Of a stretch of DNA of 64,000 nt, positions 12,691-25,692 are shown piece after piece. The position numbers were made by a program, and so were the translations under genes. The first letter of the stretch is position 1; each line of letters begins with the position of its first letter. Source of the stretch: Octopus sinensis (lineage: Eukaryota); NCBI RefSeq assembly GCF_006345805.1, contig NC_043008.1, forward strand, positions 47,368,001-47,432,000. Direction: 5' to 3'. The notes beneath the pieces were generated by a model. It worked only from the letters and a program-made list of their open reading frames with translations, was not told the origin of the DNA and made no database searches.

Positions 12691-15245
12691 TTTATTAAAA
12701 GTGGTACTTAATTTAAAGTGTTTGGTAAAAGAGTGTCAAAACAGGAAATGGGGTAGGAGTTATCCAGTTCCTGTGAGTAAGTGGAGACAACTCTGTGGAT
12801 GTTATGCTCTTCAATTGGGATGAAGGATTTTTGTCAACCAGGATGCTTATCCTGTTTGACAACAAGATGCTGGTTTAACTCCAGTCTTTTCGCCCTCGCT
12901 TGGTCCGCATTACCAGTCCTCCAGGCTTCTTCTCGTTCCTTAACTAGACCATCTATTCTACGTCCCTTCTTAGCTAAACTTATGCTAAACCTGATAGACT
13001 AATATTTGATGGCTCTTTTTAGGGCGTACCACCATTTGTTGTTAATGATGGTACCTGTTAATGCCTTCTGTATTAACATCTCGATCCGCTTTCTTTATTC
13101 CTCAATCGCCAAAAGGAACGCATTGAGTTTCCAGTAGCCAGATCCCTAATTATGCAACTTATCTACCGTCAGTTTACAGGTAACCATCTTGTGGTCACTG
13201 AAGCTGACTAGAAAAAACTGTGAACACTCGAGTATGGACTTTCTTTAATTAAAATCCTATCTAGATATGTTCTAGAAGACTCGTCACTATTTGACCACGT
13301 CCACTGCTCGCTGAAATTGACTTAGCAGATCTCGTAAGCCTGTGTTACATTTTCTCTTCATTTTTGAGCCAACACAATCTGTGTGTGCTTCACATATCGT
13401 GTTAAAGTCTCCTAACAATACTAGCGAATGCGACGTGGCTAGGAACTTGCCCATGTCACGAAAATATTCATTTTGCAGGCCCATAATGTTGGGTGCATGA
13501 CTAGCGACTAGCCTGATTGGCTTGCCGCAACTTGAATGTCAGGTCAAGAACGACCAACCTGCCTTCTGGGTTAGAAAAAAACAACTTTTTCTCGGCTACC
13601 CGGTTTCTTTTTAGTAGGACCACCTCCCGTCAGACTCGGAGAAACGTATTTCTCGTAGCCGCTCAGGAGGGGGAGAAGATCTCTAGGCCCCTTCACCTGG
13701 GTTTCCGTTGCAACAATTACATCCAAATTTCTCGACCTGGTGTCATTTAGGAAGCGCCCTTGCTTCCAACTCGATATCAAGCCACGAACATTTATACAAC
13801 CAATGTGAATAGACATTACTTACCTTCTGGATCTTACCTTTCTTGACTTAGAGTCGAAGATGGCAAGCCTTCAAACATAGACTGGTGAAAATCAAGTCTC
13901 CATGTTAAGACCGATTTTCTATACGTGCTAGACAACATTTTATATAATTTTATATAATTTTTATATTTCTCTGACAGTTCAATTAATCTAGTTGGTGATT
14001 TTTTGGTTTTTATTTCCCGCATTAAATCTTCGTTTTTGCTGTGTAGTGCCGCTATTCCTCTGTTCGTTACCCCCTCCGCCTTCCTCTGTCTGTCTCTCTT
14101 GGCTGTTTTTTGTTTTGGTCTCGACTCGCTCTGCTTTTGCTGGTTCGAGTCTTCTATTTTCCTTTTGTTGTTTATTTTTTCCTTCTGTTTCTCTCTTTCT
14201 CCCTCCACGCGTCTGATTCTTCTATACCTTCTTTACAATATGTTTTAATGTGACCCAGTTGGCCACACTGGAAACATCGGGGCTTACGCCCCTCAACAAA
14301 AATATTTAGAACTTCCTCCCCTACTTCCACGATTTCTGAGAGCTGTTCTAAATTTTTTGGTCAACCTGCAGTATGATGTTAAGCGTTTGACCAGTCCAGT
14401 AAGTATTTTCTGTGACAATAGCCTGCAGGAGGTTAATATTATCTTCCTTGTTTGCCAGGACTGCCGCCATCAAGCACATAGGGTTTACTCCGGGCGGAAT
14501 TCTTGGTATTCTCACTTTTGATGTTCTCATTCCCATGTAAATTGGGATTAACATTGTGTCTTCCGATTCTAAAGATTTTATAGAGAGTTTTTGTGCCGTT
14601 TCTACATTCTTGAACCTCACAACGATAGTTTCAAACTTCTTCCCTCTGGCTAGATATCTAATGTCCTGCCAGATGAGCTTTAGACATTTTTCAATTTTTT
14701 GCTCACATATCTTATCAATTTTTCGAGCTTTTAAACAGAATGTCTTAAAAATAATGATTTTCTTTTTTTCCTGCGTTAATTCTTCTTCTGGTATTTCCAC
14801 TTTTACTATTCCATCTCCTTCTGTTATCATATCTTTATATTTTAATCATTCTTTTATGTCAGTTGACAGCTGTCGCATCCCACCATCAGCCACAGACGCA
14901 AAACTTTTCTTTTCTTTTCTTAATTTTGGATGGTCTTTCTTCTGTCTTTCTTTTGGTTTTCGTAACTCTTGGTAATGCCGGAAAATTGCTTTCCGAAACA
15001 TCAGAAACGTTTTCAATATTTTGCTTTCTATTTTCTTTGCTTCTCGCCCAATCGATGATTCGTCCCCCGACGAAGAAGACGAAGTTTTCGGCATCTTGCC
15101 GGCAATTAATATTTTCCCCCACAGGGGAAAACCACAGATAGCTTTCGAAAGAAAACTATACTACAATTCTTTTTTCCATGATAAGTGCAACAATAGGCAC
15201 AACAAGAGATATAACAATTAACAGAAACTCACGAAGACACTCCAA
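12691..15245 (-). mobile_element. Tx1/L1-clade non-LTR retrotransposon with ORF1 and APE endonuclease, internally deleted (no RT), decayed
   Basis: ORF1 pieces span about 15094-13834, with a CCHC knuckle CFQCGQLGHIKTYC at 14235-14276 reached through a frameshift. ORF2 starts MSIHIGCINVRGL at 13816 and carries APE motifs VATET, LLGDFN, YLDRI, SDHK and GYWKLN. Coding stops at about 12850 and a short 3'UTR-like segment ending AATAAA follows. Confidence 0.88.
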
Positions 15246-15261
15246 CAATAAATTTTCAATA

Positions 15262-15550
15262 ACAGACAGACAAAATACCTATTTCTTTACTACCCTCAAG
15301 GGGCTAAACACAGAAGGGACAAACAAGGATAGACAATCGGATTAAGTCAATTATATCGACCCCAGTGCGTAACTGGTACTCTTTTAATCGACCCAGAAAG
15401 GGTGAAAGGCAAAGTCGACCTCGGCGGAATTTGAACTCAAAACGCAGCGGCAGACGAAATACAGCAACGCATTTCGCCCAGCTCGCCGCCAGGCAGAAAT
15501 ACCGCTAAGCATTTCTGCTGGTATATTAGCGATTCTGCCAGCTCAGTGCC
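15262..15550 (-). mobile_element. SINE family B with the start of a second core unit
   Basis: Reverse complement reads head-core-tail ...aaagaaata|ggtattttgtctgtctg. Confidence 0.9.
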
Positions 15551-16559
15551 TTCCTTTACGAATAAATAATAATCACAGGAATATCCTATTATATTATATT
15601 AGCGTGGTATAAACATAAAACTATTAATGTATTCTCTCAACTCTATGACGGTGTAATGCTGTAAATAATAATTTGAGCATTTGACAGATTTTCGATGTTA
15701 TTGCTAATATTTACTGTCGATATTTAAACAAAATTATCAACCATTACTGTTTAATTACTTCCCCTTTTATGTTGACAGCGGTCGACTTAAGTACAGACTC
15801 TGACACCGAGGAATACATCATTCACACACATATACACGACAGGATATATTTATATACAAGTATATATTTATTAATGTGTGTGTGAGTGTTTGTGTGGATT
15901 GCTTTCACAGAATGGCTTCAGCGACGAGAAACCACTCATAAATAAACAAAGCTGGGTGTCTGTGATTGTTGACTGCTTCTTGTGTCATTGGTGTCGATTT
16001 CTGATGGCTTTCAGAATTGCAGGGAAGACATATTTCGTGCAGAAACAGCAACGGTAATAAAGGAGTGCGAGAAACTGGAGTTGTATGCAATGAAATCAGA
16101 AGCGATGACCCTTTTAAAGTTATGCGTCCCCAGCAGAGGAAATCGGAGAATCAATTGTTGGTTTGTAGTTGAAGAATCTGGGAAGAGGAAGCAGCAAGTT
16201 CCAAGTTGAAACAGAGAAACACGGGTTTGAAGGCAGAAAACCTGAAGTCATTGCTGCTAAAATAGATGTGAAAGAGGTGGCTCGCGGATGAAGTGATGCA
16301 TGAAGGAAGGTGCGAGTCTGGGCCTAAATAACGACGATGGGTGACGGACAGAAAGTGTCAGATTGTACCCGATTGGTGAACTGTTAATGGATACGGGTAG
16401 GAAGCGGAAAAGCTTTTGCGTCTACATAAATTCTAACTTTCATCTTTTGCTTATTTTAGGCATTAAACAATGGCCATGCTGGAGCACTGCCTTGAAAAAC
16501 TTTTTAAAGTAACAATCGACTCCAGTAAATTTTTTCTTACCTGCTACTTACTGCATCGG

Positions 16560-16668
16560 TCTCTTTTGCCGAACCGTAAAGCTACCGGCACCGGTTGCCA
16601 AGTGTGATGACGAATATACACGGACACAAAGACACACACATAAGCATATAGATACATACATACATACA

Positions 16669-16700
<32 letters not shown>

Positions 16701-16830
16701 AACACACACGTGAGTGTGTGTTTATAAACGATGGGCTTCTCTCTGATTCCTGCTGACCAAATTCACTCACAAGGTTCGAGGCTGTGGTGAAGGACACACC
16801 GCAAGGCGTCACGCAGTAAAATCGAACCTG
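16560..16830 (-). mobile_element. SINE family A, decayed copy with internal (CATA)n
   Basis: Degenerate match to the 22826 and 50946 copies on both sides of the microsatellite. Confidence 0.65.
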
Positions 16831-17009
16831 CAGTCATGTAATGTCGGCTCGATGTAGTTGGTAAGAAAATTCTTAGTTTCTCAAGGAAGCATGCTATTAT
16901 CGACGGGATTGGTCTAAATACTTGCGGCACCGAATCACAGATTGGTCATCTTAAACGGTTCATCTCGAAAGTTCCTACACTAGTTCTTTAGCGCATCAAC
17001 AGATCGCAG

Positions 17010-17480
17010 CACAGGGTCGCGTGCGCAGTAAGAGCTGACTGTGACCTTCATGAGACAGTGTGTTGAGTGACATCATTGTGTTTACTTTGCAAGTTGTCAA
17101 ATTTATATTTTTGTGATCGTGTGTATGCTGTAGTCTGTGATTTTTGTCATGGACTGGAATCTGGAACACAGAGCCAACGTGAAATTTTGTGTTAAGTTTG
17201 GGGAGTCCGCTACAGAGACATTGTGCATGCTTCTGCAAGCTTACGGCGACGAGGCAATGGGCCGTACGCAATATTTCGAGGGCTCCATAAGCAGAATCGC
17301 CGGAAATGTGGAGAAATTTCATTAGCTTGAGCATGAGGATCGTTGGAAGACAATCCACGACATTTCTGATATTGTTGGTCTGTCGTATGTGGGTCCATGT
17401 AGGCAATCCTAACGTGTGAATCGAACATGTGGCGTGTCTCTGCCAAGTTTGTCCCGCTCCTGCTGACAACTGCGCAGAAA
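17010..17480 (+). mobile_element. Mariner transposase N-terminal (HTH) remnant
   Basis: MDWNLEHRANVKFCVKFGESATETLCMLLQAYGDEAMGRTQYFE followed by the degenerate ...TIHDISDIVGLSY..RVSAKFVPLLLT (WVPH-equivalent motif). Confidence 0.85.
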
Positions 17481-18806
17481 GATCAGAAAGATGACACTCA
17501 TAGACTTGGTTTCGATACCATATAATGGAGAGGAGATAACTTGAACCAAGTATATTGCGACCAATGCATACACCGTGAAGTATAAATCTGAGCGATATAT
17601 CTCACCTTATCGCTTCCCAATCTCACTGTGATGTTATTTTCAATTAATATTTTCTCTCGTCCCCTTTTCGAATATCTTCCCACTAAATGCAGATCAAGTA
17701 CCTCTTACATTTGGTAAGGCAACAGATAGTGACCAAATATGTCCAGCTGTTAACTAGCACATCGAAAGCGACACCAAGTTTCACATGCTCACTACAAAGA
17801 CACTGATAAAGTTCTATACAGTTTAATATCACTGATATTTCTTTGCGAAGTAGTTTTGGATTAAATTGCAAACTTAACTGAAATGAAATTTGTTGTAAAC
17901 ACACGTTCCCATTTGACATGCTGGCATGTAATCGAGCTTACATCATGCTTATCGAGGAATATTCATAATTCAACACCTTCGAGCAATGCAACTTGCGTGA
18001 GTTATGGATAGCATTTATAAAAGCTGAATAGATTTTAATGAATGGAATTCATGAATGAGTATGCCGTATATAAATATGAATATTGATTGTAGAAACAATT
18101 GTAGCAAATTAAACCTAGTTTAATGACTAAATTTAATTAGTATTTCAATGAACAAAGGCACCGTAAAGTTGAAGTTATAAATATAAGAGGTAAATATATG
18201 AAGCGACTAAATTACTATGTATAAATATGGGTTTTTTTTGTGTAACTTTTTTGTAGATTCGGTGTAAAATATTTGATGTCTTCATAAATTCACTTGTGTA
18301 TAAATCTCATTTGTCTCAAAATTCGACCCAACTTTTATTATCTTTGATATAGGTTTTATCATATTTCTAGCTTTTATCATCTTTCTTTTATCATACATTT
18401 CTTTTCAGAATACTAATAATAATATTCACATTTCAACAACTTTTAATCAAAGTGAGCAGATCACTTTTTAGAATCTCCCCCGTTTTAGTTCTTTGAATAG
18501 CAAGTAATATACGAGTGAAGAAGAGGAAATTTATTAGCATTCTGAATAGGATATTAAAGAGTTCGATGTTGTACAAAAGGACGTTATTATTAAGCAGCAA
18601 AAATTACCATATTAGAAATATCTTGCCTTTTAATATTATATAATTTCTGACAAATATTATGTGAAACATAAAAACTATATGTTGAGTAACAATTATATAT
18701 GTTTATGTGTATTATCATATATCCTTTAATGTATATCATAATATTTGTATGCCTGCCAGTCCATATTACGTTTTTGCTCACTTCTTTCACGTACAAGACA
18801 TATATT

Positions 18807-18865
<59 letters not shown>

Positions 18866-20116
18866 CAAGTTTCACTTTGTATATTATAATCTATAATTAT
18901 ATTTGATCTGTTGACATCGATGCCTTTCAAAAGTCAGCTAGAAGTGGATTTCGAAACGTGTCTATCGATGGAGATTCCGACGATTTTTCCCTACTCTTCT
19001 TGTTGAAAATTTCATTTAAACTCTGTAGACACACCCCGACCATCGCCCTAATCACACCAAACTATTTACAATTCTAATCCTAAAATGTTTACAATACTTA
19101 TTTATGTAATTTACGGTTATTGTTCTAATTTATTTATGATTCAATGGTTTTTAGTGAAAAACCGTGCTGGTGTTACACTTTAGAAGCTGAATCGAAGATG
19201 TTAGCTTCACATAATTTTGTGTTAAGATTCTTCAACAAAGCTGAGTCGCAGTCCCAATTAAATACGGTTAAAGCTGACATTGATGTGAAAAAGATTTGCG
19301 TTGTTTTTGTGAAGATTACAGTGAGTGACAACGGAATACAAAAAAGCATCTGAGGAGTGAGCTTTCAATGCCCTGACCGAGCGCGATCAGAATGACAACT
19401 TTTCCTCCGTAAGTGACGTGGATTGAAAGTAGAGGAGGTACTAAAACAGCACCAGCTATTTCAAGCCTGAACGATAAAATCCAGTGGAATGTATTAAATT
19501 TTATAGAATATCGGATCTACTGCCACATAGACGTGAAATCAATGAATAACTAGACTTTAGAAATGTTTAACAATATTAACAATTCAACAGAAGTTTGTCC
19601 CTTTAAGCAAGTTTTGAAGGTTTAACCAGAGTTTTTACTATGTTAGAGACCAATGGATATGTGATAACAAAAGAATGGACTTCGAGGGAGAAGTCCGAAC
19701 AAACTTTGGACGCATAGAATATTGATATAGATAGTGAATAGTGACGACTGCAACAGGAATATCACGAAATAGTGGTTAGTATCTAAGATGGTTAGAGTGA
19801 ATTCTAGTGCAAGATGTAAATTGTTAAGGAATAGAGTATAGATGAGGTGGCTGACATGCCTTGTTTGATGTAATGTTTCAGAAGTGTGACTGTGACCAGG
19901 ACAAGTGAACAAAAAAATAGTTCTCAACGCCTTTAGTGTAATTGGTATCTAACTTAGAATGAGAAACTGATCAGCTAAAACTATTCGAAAAAATAGGTTA
20001 GCATGTAGAGAACTAGTTTTACAAAAAGGTTTGGAATTCTTCTACTGAGTATATGGCGGAGCTCGAAAAATATAACTCTAAAGAAACCATATTTGATAGA
20101 TGATATTATATATATG

Positions 20117-20525
20117 TATTTCTTTATTGCACACAGGGGGATAAACAAAGAGGGGACAAACAGGAACAGACAAAGGTTTTAAGTCGATTACATCGACCCC
20201 AGTGCATAACTGGTACTTATTTAATCAGCCCCTAAAAGAGGAAAAGCAAAGTCGACCTCGGTGAAATTTGAACTCAGTACGTAACGGCAGACGAAATACC
20301 TATTTCTTTACTACCCACAAGGAGTTAAACACAGAGGGGACAAACAAGGACAGACAAACGGATTAAGTCGATTACATCGACCCCAGTGCGCAACTGCTAC
20401 TTATTTAATCGACTCCGAAAGGATGAAAGGTAAAGTTGACCTCGGTAGAATTTGAACTCAGAACGTAACGGCAGACGAAATACGGCTACGCATTTCGCCC
20501 GGTACGCTAACGTTTCTGCCAGTTC
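20117..20525 (-). mobile_element. SINE family B, dimeric copy (both units end in the aataaagaaat-type tail)
   Basis: Two cores; junction aaagaaata|ggtatttcgtc at 20301/20300. Confidence 0.92.
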
Positions 20526-22825
20526 TGACGTCGATAGTAAAAAATTGAATGATCATGCTTAGCAACGAAAGAATTGAAGTTAGAAGGCATCATTGAAGAC
20601 AAATTATGACAGTTTTATTCAGCTGATGCGTGAAAACTCCAGTGCTGCATTAAAAAAATAAAGACATTTCAAGGTGAACAACTTTTGAGAATATTGGTGG
20701 GGGAGGTAAATAACGGAGCACGAATGGAAGAAAGTATTTCTTTTTAAAGATTCACCTTAATTATATTTCAAAAAGTAAATCGAAGAAATCACAGAACAAT
20801 ATATGTGTTGAGTGAGATGTGCGTGCATGTGTTGCTATGCATGTGTAAAGTCCATCTTGTTGCATCCTTATGGAATTTCTAGGCCACAAGAATGTAAACG
20901 TGACAGAGAAGATCTAATAAATCAAGCGGAGGGAGTGTGTCTACGAGAATTTGAAACGTTGAATATAAACATATAGAAAAGAAACGAGATGTTGCGTGCG
21001 ATTAAGATGTCATCAAGCGTAGAAATCGAACTAAAAGAGAGAAAGCAAAGTTTATTTTCATATTGTTTTCTCTTTATGTAGCTCCAAGGGTTTAAAGCAT
21101 TATATTAGAATTTTTTAAAGTAATTAATTTTTTTTCCAAGATGTATTCCAAATCTGTGCATGTTTAACCTACATTTTCAATCGCTCACAAATCTCATAAC
21201 ATTTCTTTCAATCTTAGAAAAAAATCCAAATCAATACAATTCTGTATTTTCAGTGAATATCAATATTCCATTTAGAATGGTGTAAATATGGACGATGAAA
21301 GTTAAAATAAATAATATCAAAAACAAATTGATTTCATTATATATAAAAACCATGTAGCTGAGATTATAAAATTTAAAATTTCCATATCCTTAGATAAACG
21401 TAAATATTGAAATCATATTGAAATCATAAGTTTATATTTTGGTAAGAGTGGGAACCGGTTTGAAGGAACTTATTTCCACATATTTACATTTGGTTTCAAA
21501 GGAATCGGTTTAAACAACAATAAGCAGAGTATTGCATTACTGCACAGAAACTGTGTATGGGATGGTCTACAACCTCGCCAAGAGTCCACTAAATTCTTAA
21601 ATTAATATTATTCCGTAAAATCCTAGTGCTGTTTCAAATCCCGACCATCCTCCGAAGTAATCAATTTCGAGCCATTATTTCAAAATTGCTTATTTTCACT
21701 TAAAATATGATTTCGGAATTTAAAAAATTCGAAAAAAAATTAAATTGATAGTAATAAATAAAAATTGCGCTGTTAATAAAAATTAATGTGTTCAAAATAT
21801 ATTCTGCAATTCTAAATGAATGAAAAATTACATATGTTTGCCTTCAATGCAAAGTCAAAACGAGTATAAGAGAAACATTAAAAATAATACATTTTCTAAA
21901 TATGAATAATTTCTAATCATTTTCATCCTATTATTTCTCTGTAAAATTATATTCAATTCTGGTATGTAAATTATTTCCTAGATTGATGTATTTTAAATAT
22001 ATCAGCAAGATTCAATTACGCATATTCATATAATAATTTAAATTTATACTTTCTCTGATAGCTAAAATAATTTGCTATTCTGCATATTTCCTCTTAAAAT
22101 GTCATCTAACTCAGCAGCGTGTTATTGTTTCCACTCGGCCAAAAGAAATGTTTTATGACAATATATATTCCGCCCCTTTATATCAGTTATATAATTTTCA
22201 CTTTTAGACTTGCCGTCAGAATTCGATTAATTTTATTTTCTGTCACACTAACATATCTGAACTATTTGATGGTATCAGGAAATCTCTTCTCAAAATATTA
22301 TTTATCTTTTTAAAACTGCGAAAAAAAAAGCGATGGGGAAATACATAAACATGAGGAACTGAGAGTGATATCTATTTTTGTCAAATTCCTTCTTTCTGAT
22401 TTCATTGAAAGAATGCGCGTTAATCAGCTTATAAAATGAGATACTTATCTCCATGCATAAAATTGTAAATCTTCTTTTGTCTAATGCAGCAATCCTGTTC
22501 GCTGCAGGCTGCTGTTGCTGCAATAATTTGACCTTTTCTTTAATACTTCTGCTGATGTTTATCACTCTCTGCTCACGTCTTTCTTTTCAAACGTGTTAGT
22601 GACGCGTGCTGGTGCTGCTATTCGTTCTGCTGAGGCTGCAAATATCTCGCCTGCTAACTGAATCAGGCGACACTCGCCAAAAATGTACAACCGGATGGCA
22701 TAACTTAATTAAAGCTAGCGTAACATTGATAAAATTTCAAGACCGAAGTTGTAAATGTTACAAAAGACAATACTTCTTGCGTTCTACAACTGATTTGTTG
22801 GTGCCTTCTTTTTAGAATAATTACA

Positions 22826-23225
22826 GGAGGGTCTGTGTGGTAAGTAGCTTGCTTACCAACCACATGGTTCCGCGTTCAGTCGCACTACCTGGCATCTTGG
22901 GGAAGTGTCTTCTACTAAAGCCTCGGGCCGACCAAAGCCTTGTGAGTGGATTTGGTAGACGGAAACTGAAAGAAGCCCGTCGTATATATGTATATATATA
23001 TGTGTGTGTGTGTGTGTTTGTGTGTCTCTGTTTGTCCCCCCTCACAACATCGCTCGACGACCGATGCTGGTGTGTTTACGTCCCCGTAACATAGCGATTC
23101 AGCAATAGAGACCCATAGAATAAGTACTAGGCTTACAAAGTCCTAGGGTCGATTTGCTCAACTAAAGGCGGTGCTCCAGCATAGCCGCAGTCAAATGACT
23201 GAAGCAATTAATAGAGGAAAAGAGT
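22826..23225 (+). mobile_element. SINE family A, near full-length, with internal (TA)/(TG) microsatellite
   Basis: Head gtggtaagtagcttgcttaccaaccacatggttccgcgttcagtcgc; body and 3' tail shared with 50946-51352. Confidence 0.9.
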
Positions 23226-23260
23226 AATGAGTGTTATTATTATTATAATTATTATTATCA

Positions 23261-23291
<31 letters not shown>

Positions 23292-24226
23292 TATTATTAT
23301 TATTAGTATTATTATTGTTGTTGTTGTTGTTGTTGTTGTTATTACGAAGAAGTTTTTAACTTTTTTGATATTGTTTAGTTTGTTTTATCTTATTATTCAT
23401 TCACAATAGTTTTAGAATTTCCTAGAGTTGGTCACATTTAACCAGGAGCGGGCGCAAAAGGTTAGTCATGGACACATTTTTATATTTCAATATTTCCGTG
23501 TAAAATTTGTATACTAGCAAATTTTTATGACTTTTTGGTACCAAAGTGGCAAGAGGAGAATATTTGCCACAAATGTGGTGGTAACAAATGTTCCCAGAAA
23601 AAAATTTTAAATTCTGTCAAAGTTGTGAAAACGGAAAATTATAAAAAACAGAAAATTAAAATATGACGACAGGCAAAATAATGACAATTAAGCAATGATG
23701 CTGTTAAGGCCGTAAATTTTGAAAACAATTGAAAAATGCTGAAAATCCAACATACATCTGTTTTTGCAAAGACAAACAGATCTCCGTCGTTCAACGCAGA
23801 AAAATTACGACAGATAATATTTCAACATCGATGTCTCAGAAATTGGTTTCCATTCCAACAAATACTGTTCCTGCACCTAAATTAAGATAAAACCTGAATA
23901 GAATACTGCCTTAGTGCTGCTCCTTTACATACAAACAACCTAAACCCCATCCAGAAATGGCCACCTCATTGATACACAGAACGTCACTTGCCGACTACAA
24001 GCAATCTCTTTGGCCTTGCAGGGGCATCTGTGTCATTGATGCTGATTGCTCTCCTGCCACCTGCATTCACACCTACCTTACTACCTTTCACTAGCACCCT
24101 CCCACCACCCACTTTATGGTTACTAACACATGACCATCACACATTAATAAATCCAGTCATTCCTCTTCTTGTAGCCCCTCCTGTTTTTCATCCTGTAATC
24201 AATTTAGGACTGTCAAAGAAACCCCC

Positions 24227-24449
24227 ACCTATTTCTTTACTACACACAAGGGGCTAAACACAGAGGAGACAAACAAGGACAGACAGACGGATTAAGTCGA
24301 TTATATCGACCGCAGTGCGTAAATGGTGCTTAATTTATCGACCCCGAAAGGATGAAAGGCAAAGTCGACCTCAGCGGAATTTGAACTCAGAACGTAACGG
24401 CAGACGAAATACCGCTCGGCATTTCGCCCGACGTGCCAACGTCTCTGCC
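24227..24449 (-). mobile_element. SINE family B, monomer
   Basis: Reverse complement of head-core-tail. Confidence 0.9.
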
Positions 24450-25084
24450 ATTATCACCAACACTGGCATCGATCCCACAAGTTTCGGAGAGTCCACATAG
24501 CTACACGGCTTTTCAAGTATTAAAGCCAAAACAAAACCTTCCTAATCCGCTTTGAATAAATAATCAAGCGCTATTTTCGATGCTGCTACGTCGCTACAAC
24601 ACCTTCCCCCAACAGCATCTCTTAATCTTTTAAATATTTCTTCCTTCAAACGACTTCGTTTCGTAATTCTTAAGGTTTATTGACTCAACTTTTATCAGGA
24701 ACCACCAACAACTCCAACACCATCACCGAAGTCGATGGAAACCTTAGTTGCTGCTGATATTGATCTACGTCAAGACAGAAGTAGTTTGAACTCCACATGA
24801 CCCTCCTACTGACTGATGCTGGGGGCTATTCACAGTGTCGATGGAAATATGATGTCGTCATTCTTACTACTGCTTGCCACCTTCACATTTATTACTGTCA
24901 ACTGTATCAGGCATAGGAGGGAGGAGTAACGATGTTCTGCTGGAGGAGGCAATAGTGTCGGTAAGTGTAATTAGGCTGTTACAGCTTCCTTCACATCTAA
25001 CATCTTCTTCGTTACTTGTCAATCAGAGCATTACCGCAGTGGTTTACTGTAATCAACTCGCTGAAATGCATGCTCACTTGCAAA

Positions 25085-25510
25085 AATGAGACCTGCATTG
25101 GTGAATCGGCGTCGCCCAATTCTGCTCCACGATAATGCAAAGCCACATGTTGCAAGAGTGACGCTGCAGAAACTCACAGATTTGGGATACGAGACTTTAC
25201 CACATCTTCCATACTCTCCTCATCTTTCGCCCACTGATTACCAGTTTTCAAGCATTTAAACACGTTTTTAAGTGATAAAACTTTCTGGTCCAGACCAGGG
25301 GTAGAATCAGCTTTCAAAGATTTCTTAGCAATTCCTAGCCAATAAGTTTGTTTATAAACGAGGCCTAAATAATCTCGTTGATCGACGGTAGAAATGCACA
25401 GATGTTCACGGTTCATATTTTGACTAATCAAAACATTTATATTGTTAATTTATTTTTCCAGGATAAAATTATGTTCCTGAAATCGGCCATTATTTTTGGA
25501 ACAACCAAAT
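25085..25510 (+). mobile_element. Mariner (DD34D) C-terminal remnant with 3' TIR
   Basis: LVNRRRPILLHDNAKPHVARVTLQKLTDLGYETLPHLPYSPHLSPTDY; ends ttttggaacaaccaaata (TIR-like). Confidence 0.9.
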
Positions 25511-25559
25511 ATTTTAACTTAGGGACAATTCCAGTGAATTTGAAGGAGAGGAGAGAGTT

Positions 25560-25692
25560 GGACTGGTCCTTTTTCATTTACCCAGAAATGATGCGAAGTT
25601 GATTTCGACGGAATTTGAACTCGGATTATAAAGATAGATGAAATGCCTCTCAGCATTTACTCAGACACGCCACTAATTCTGCCAGCTTAGCC
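25560..25692 (-). mobile_element. SINE family B, old partial copy
   Basis: Degenerate ggaatttgaactc ... ttctgccagct. Confidence 0.65.

Noticed and set aside
15905-16400. Purine-rich ORF-like tract
   Set aside because: Interrupted in all frames, with no diagnostic motif.
18935-18965. TCGAAACGTG as another hammerhead
   Set aside because: The upstream box is CTAGAAG rather than CUGANGA, and there is no convincing stem I or II.
23940-25075. GC-richer unique-looking segments on both sides of the 24.2 kb SINE
   Set aside because: Stops in all frames and no recognisable protein or structural motif.
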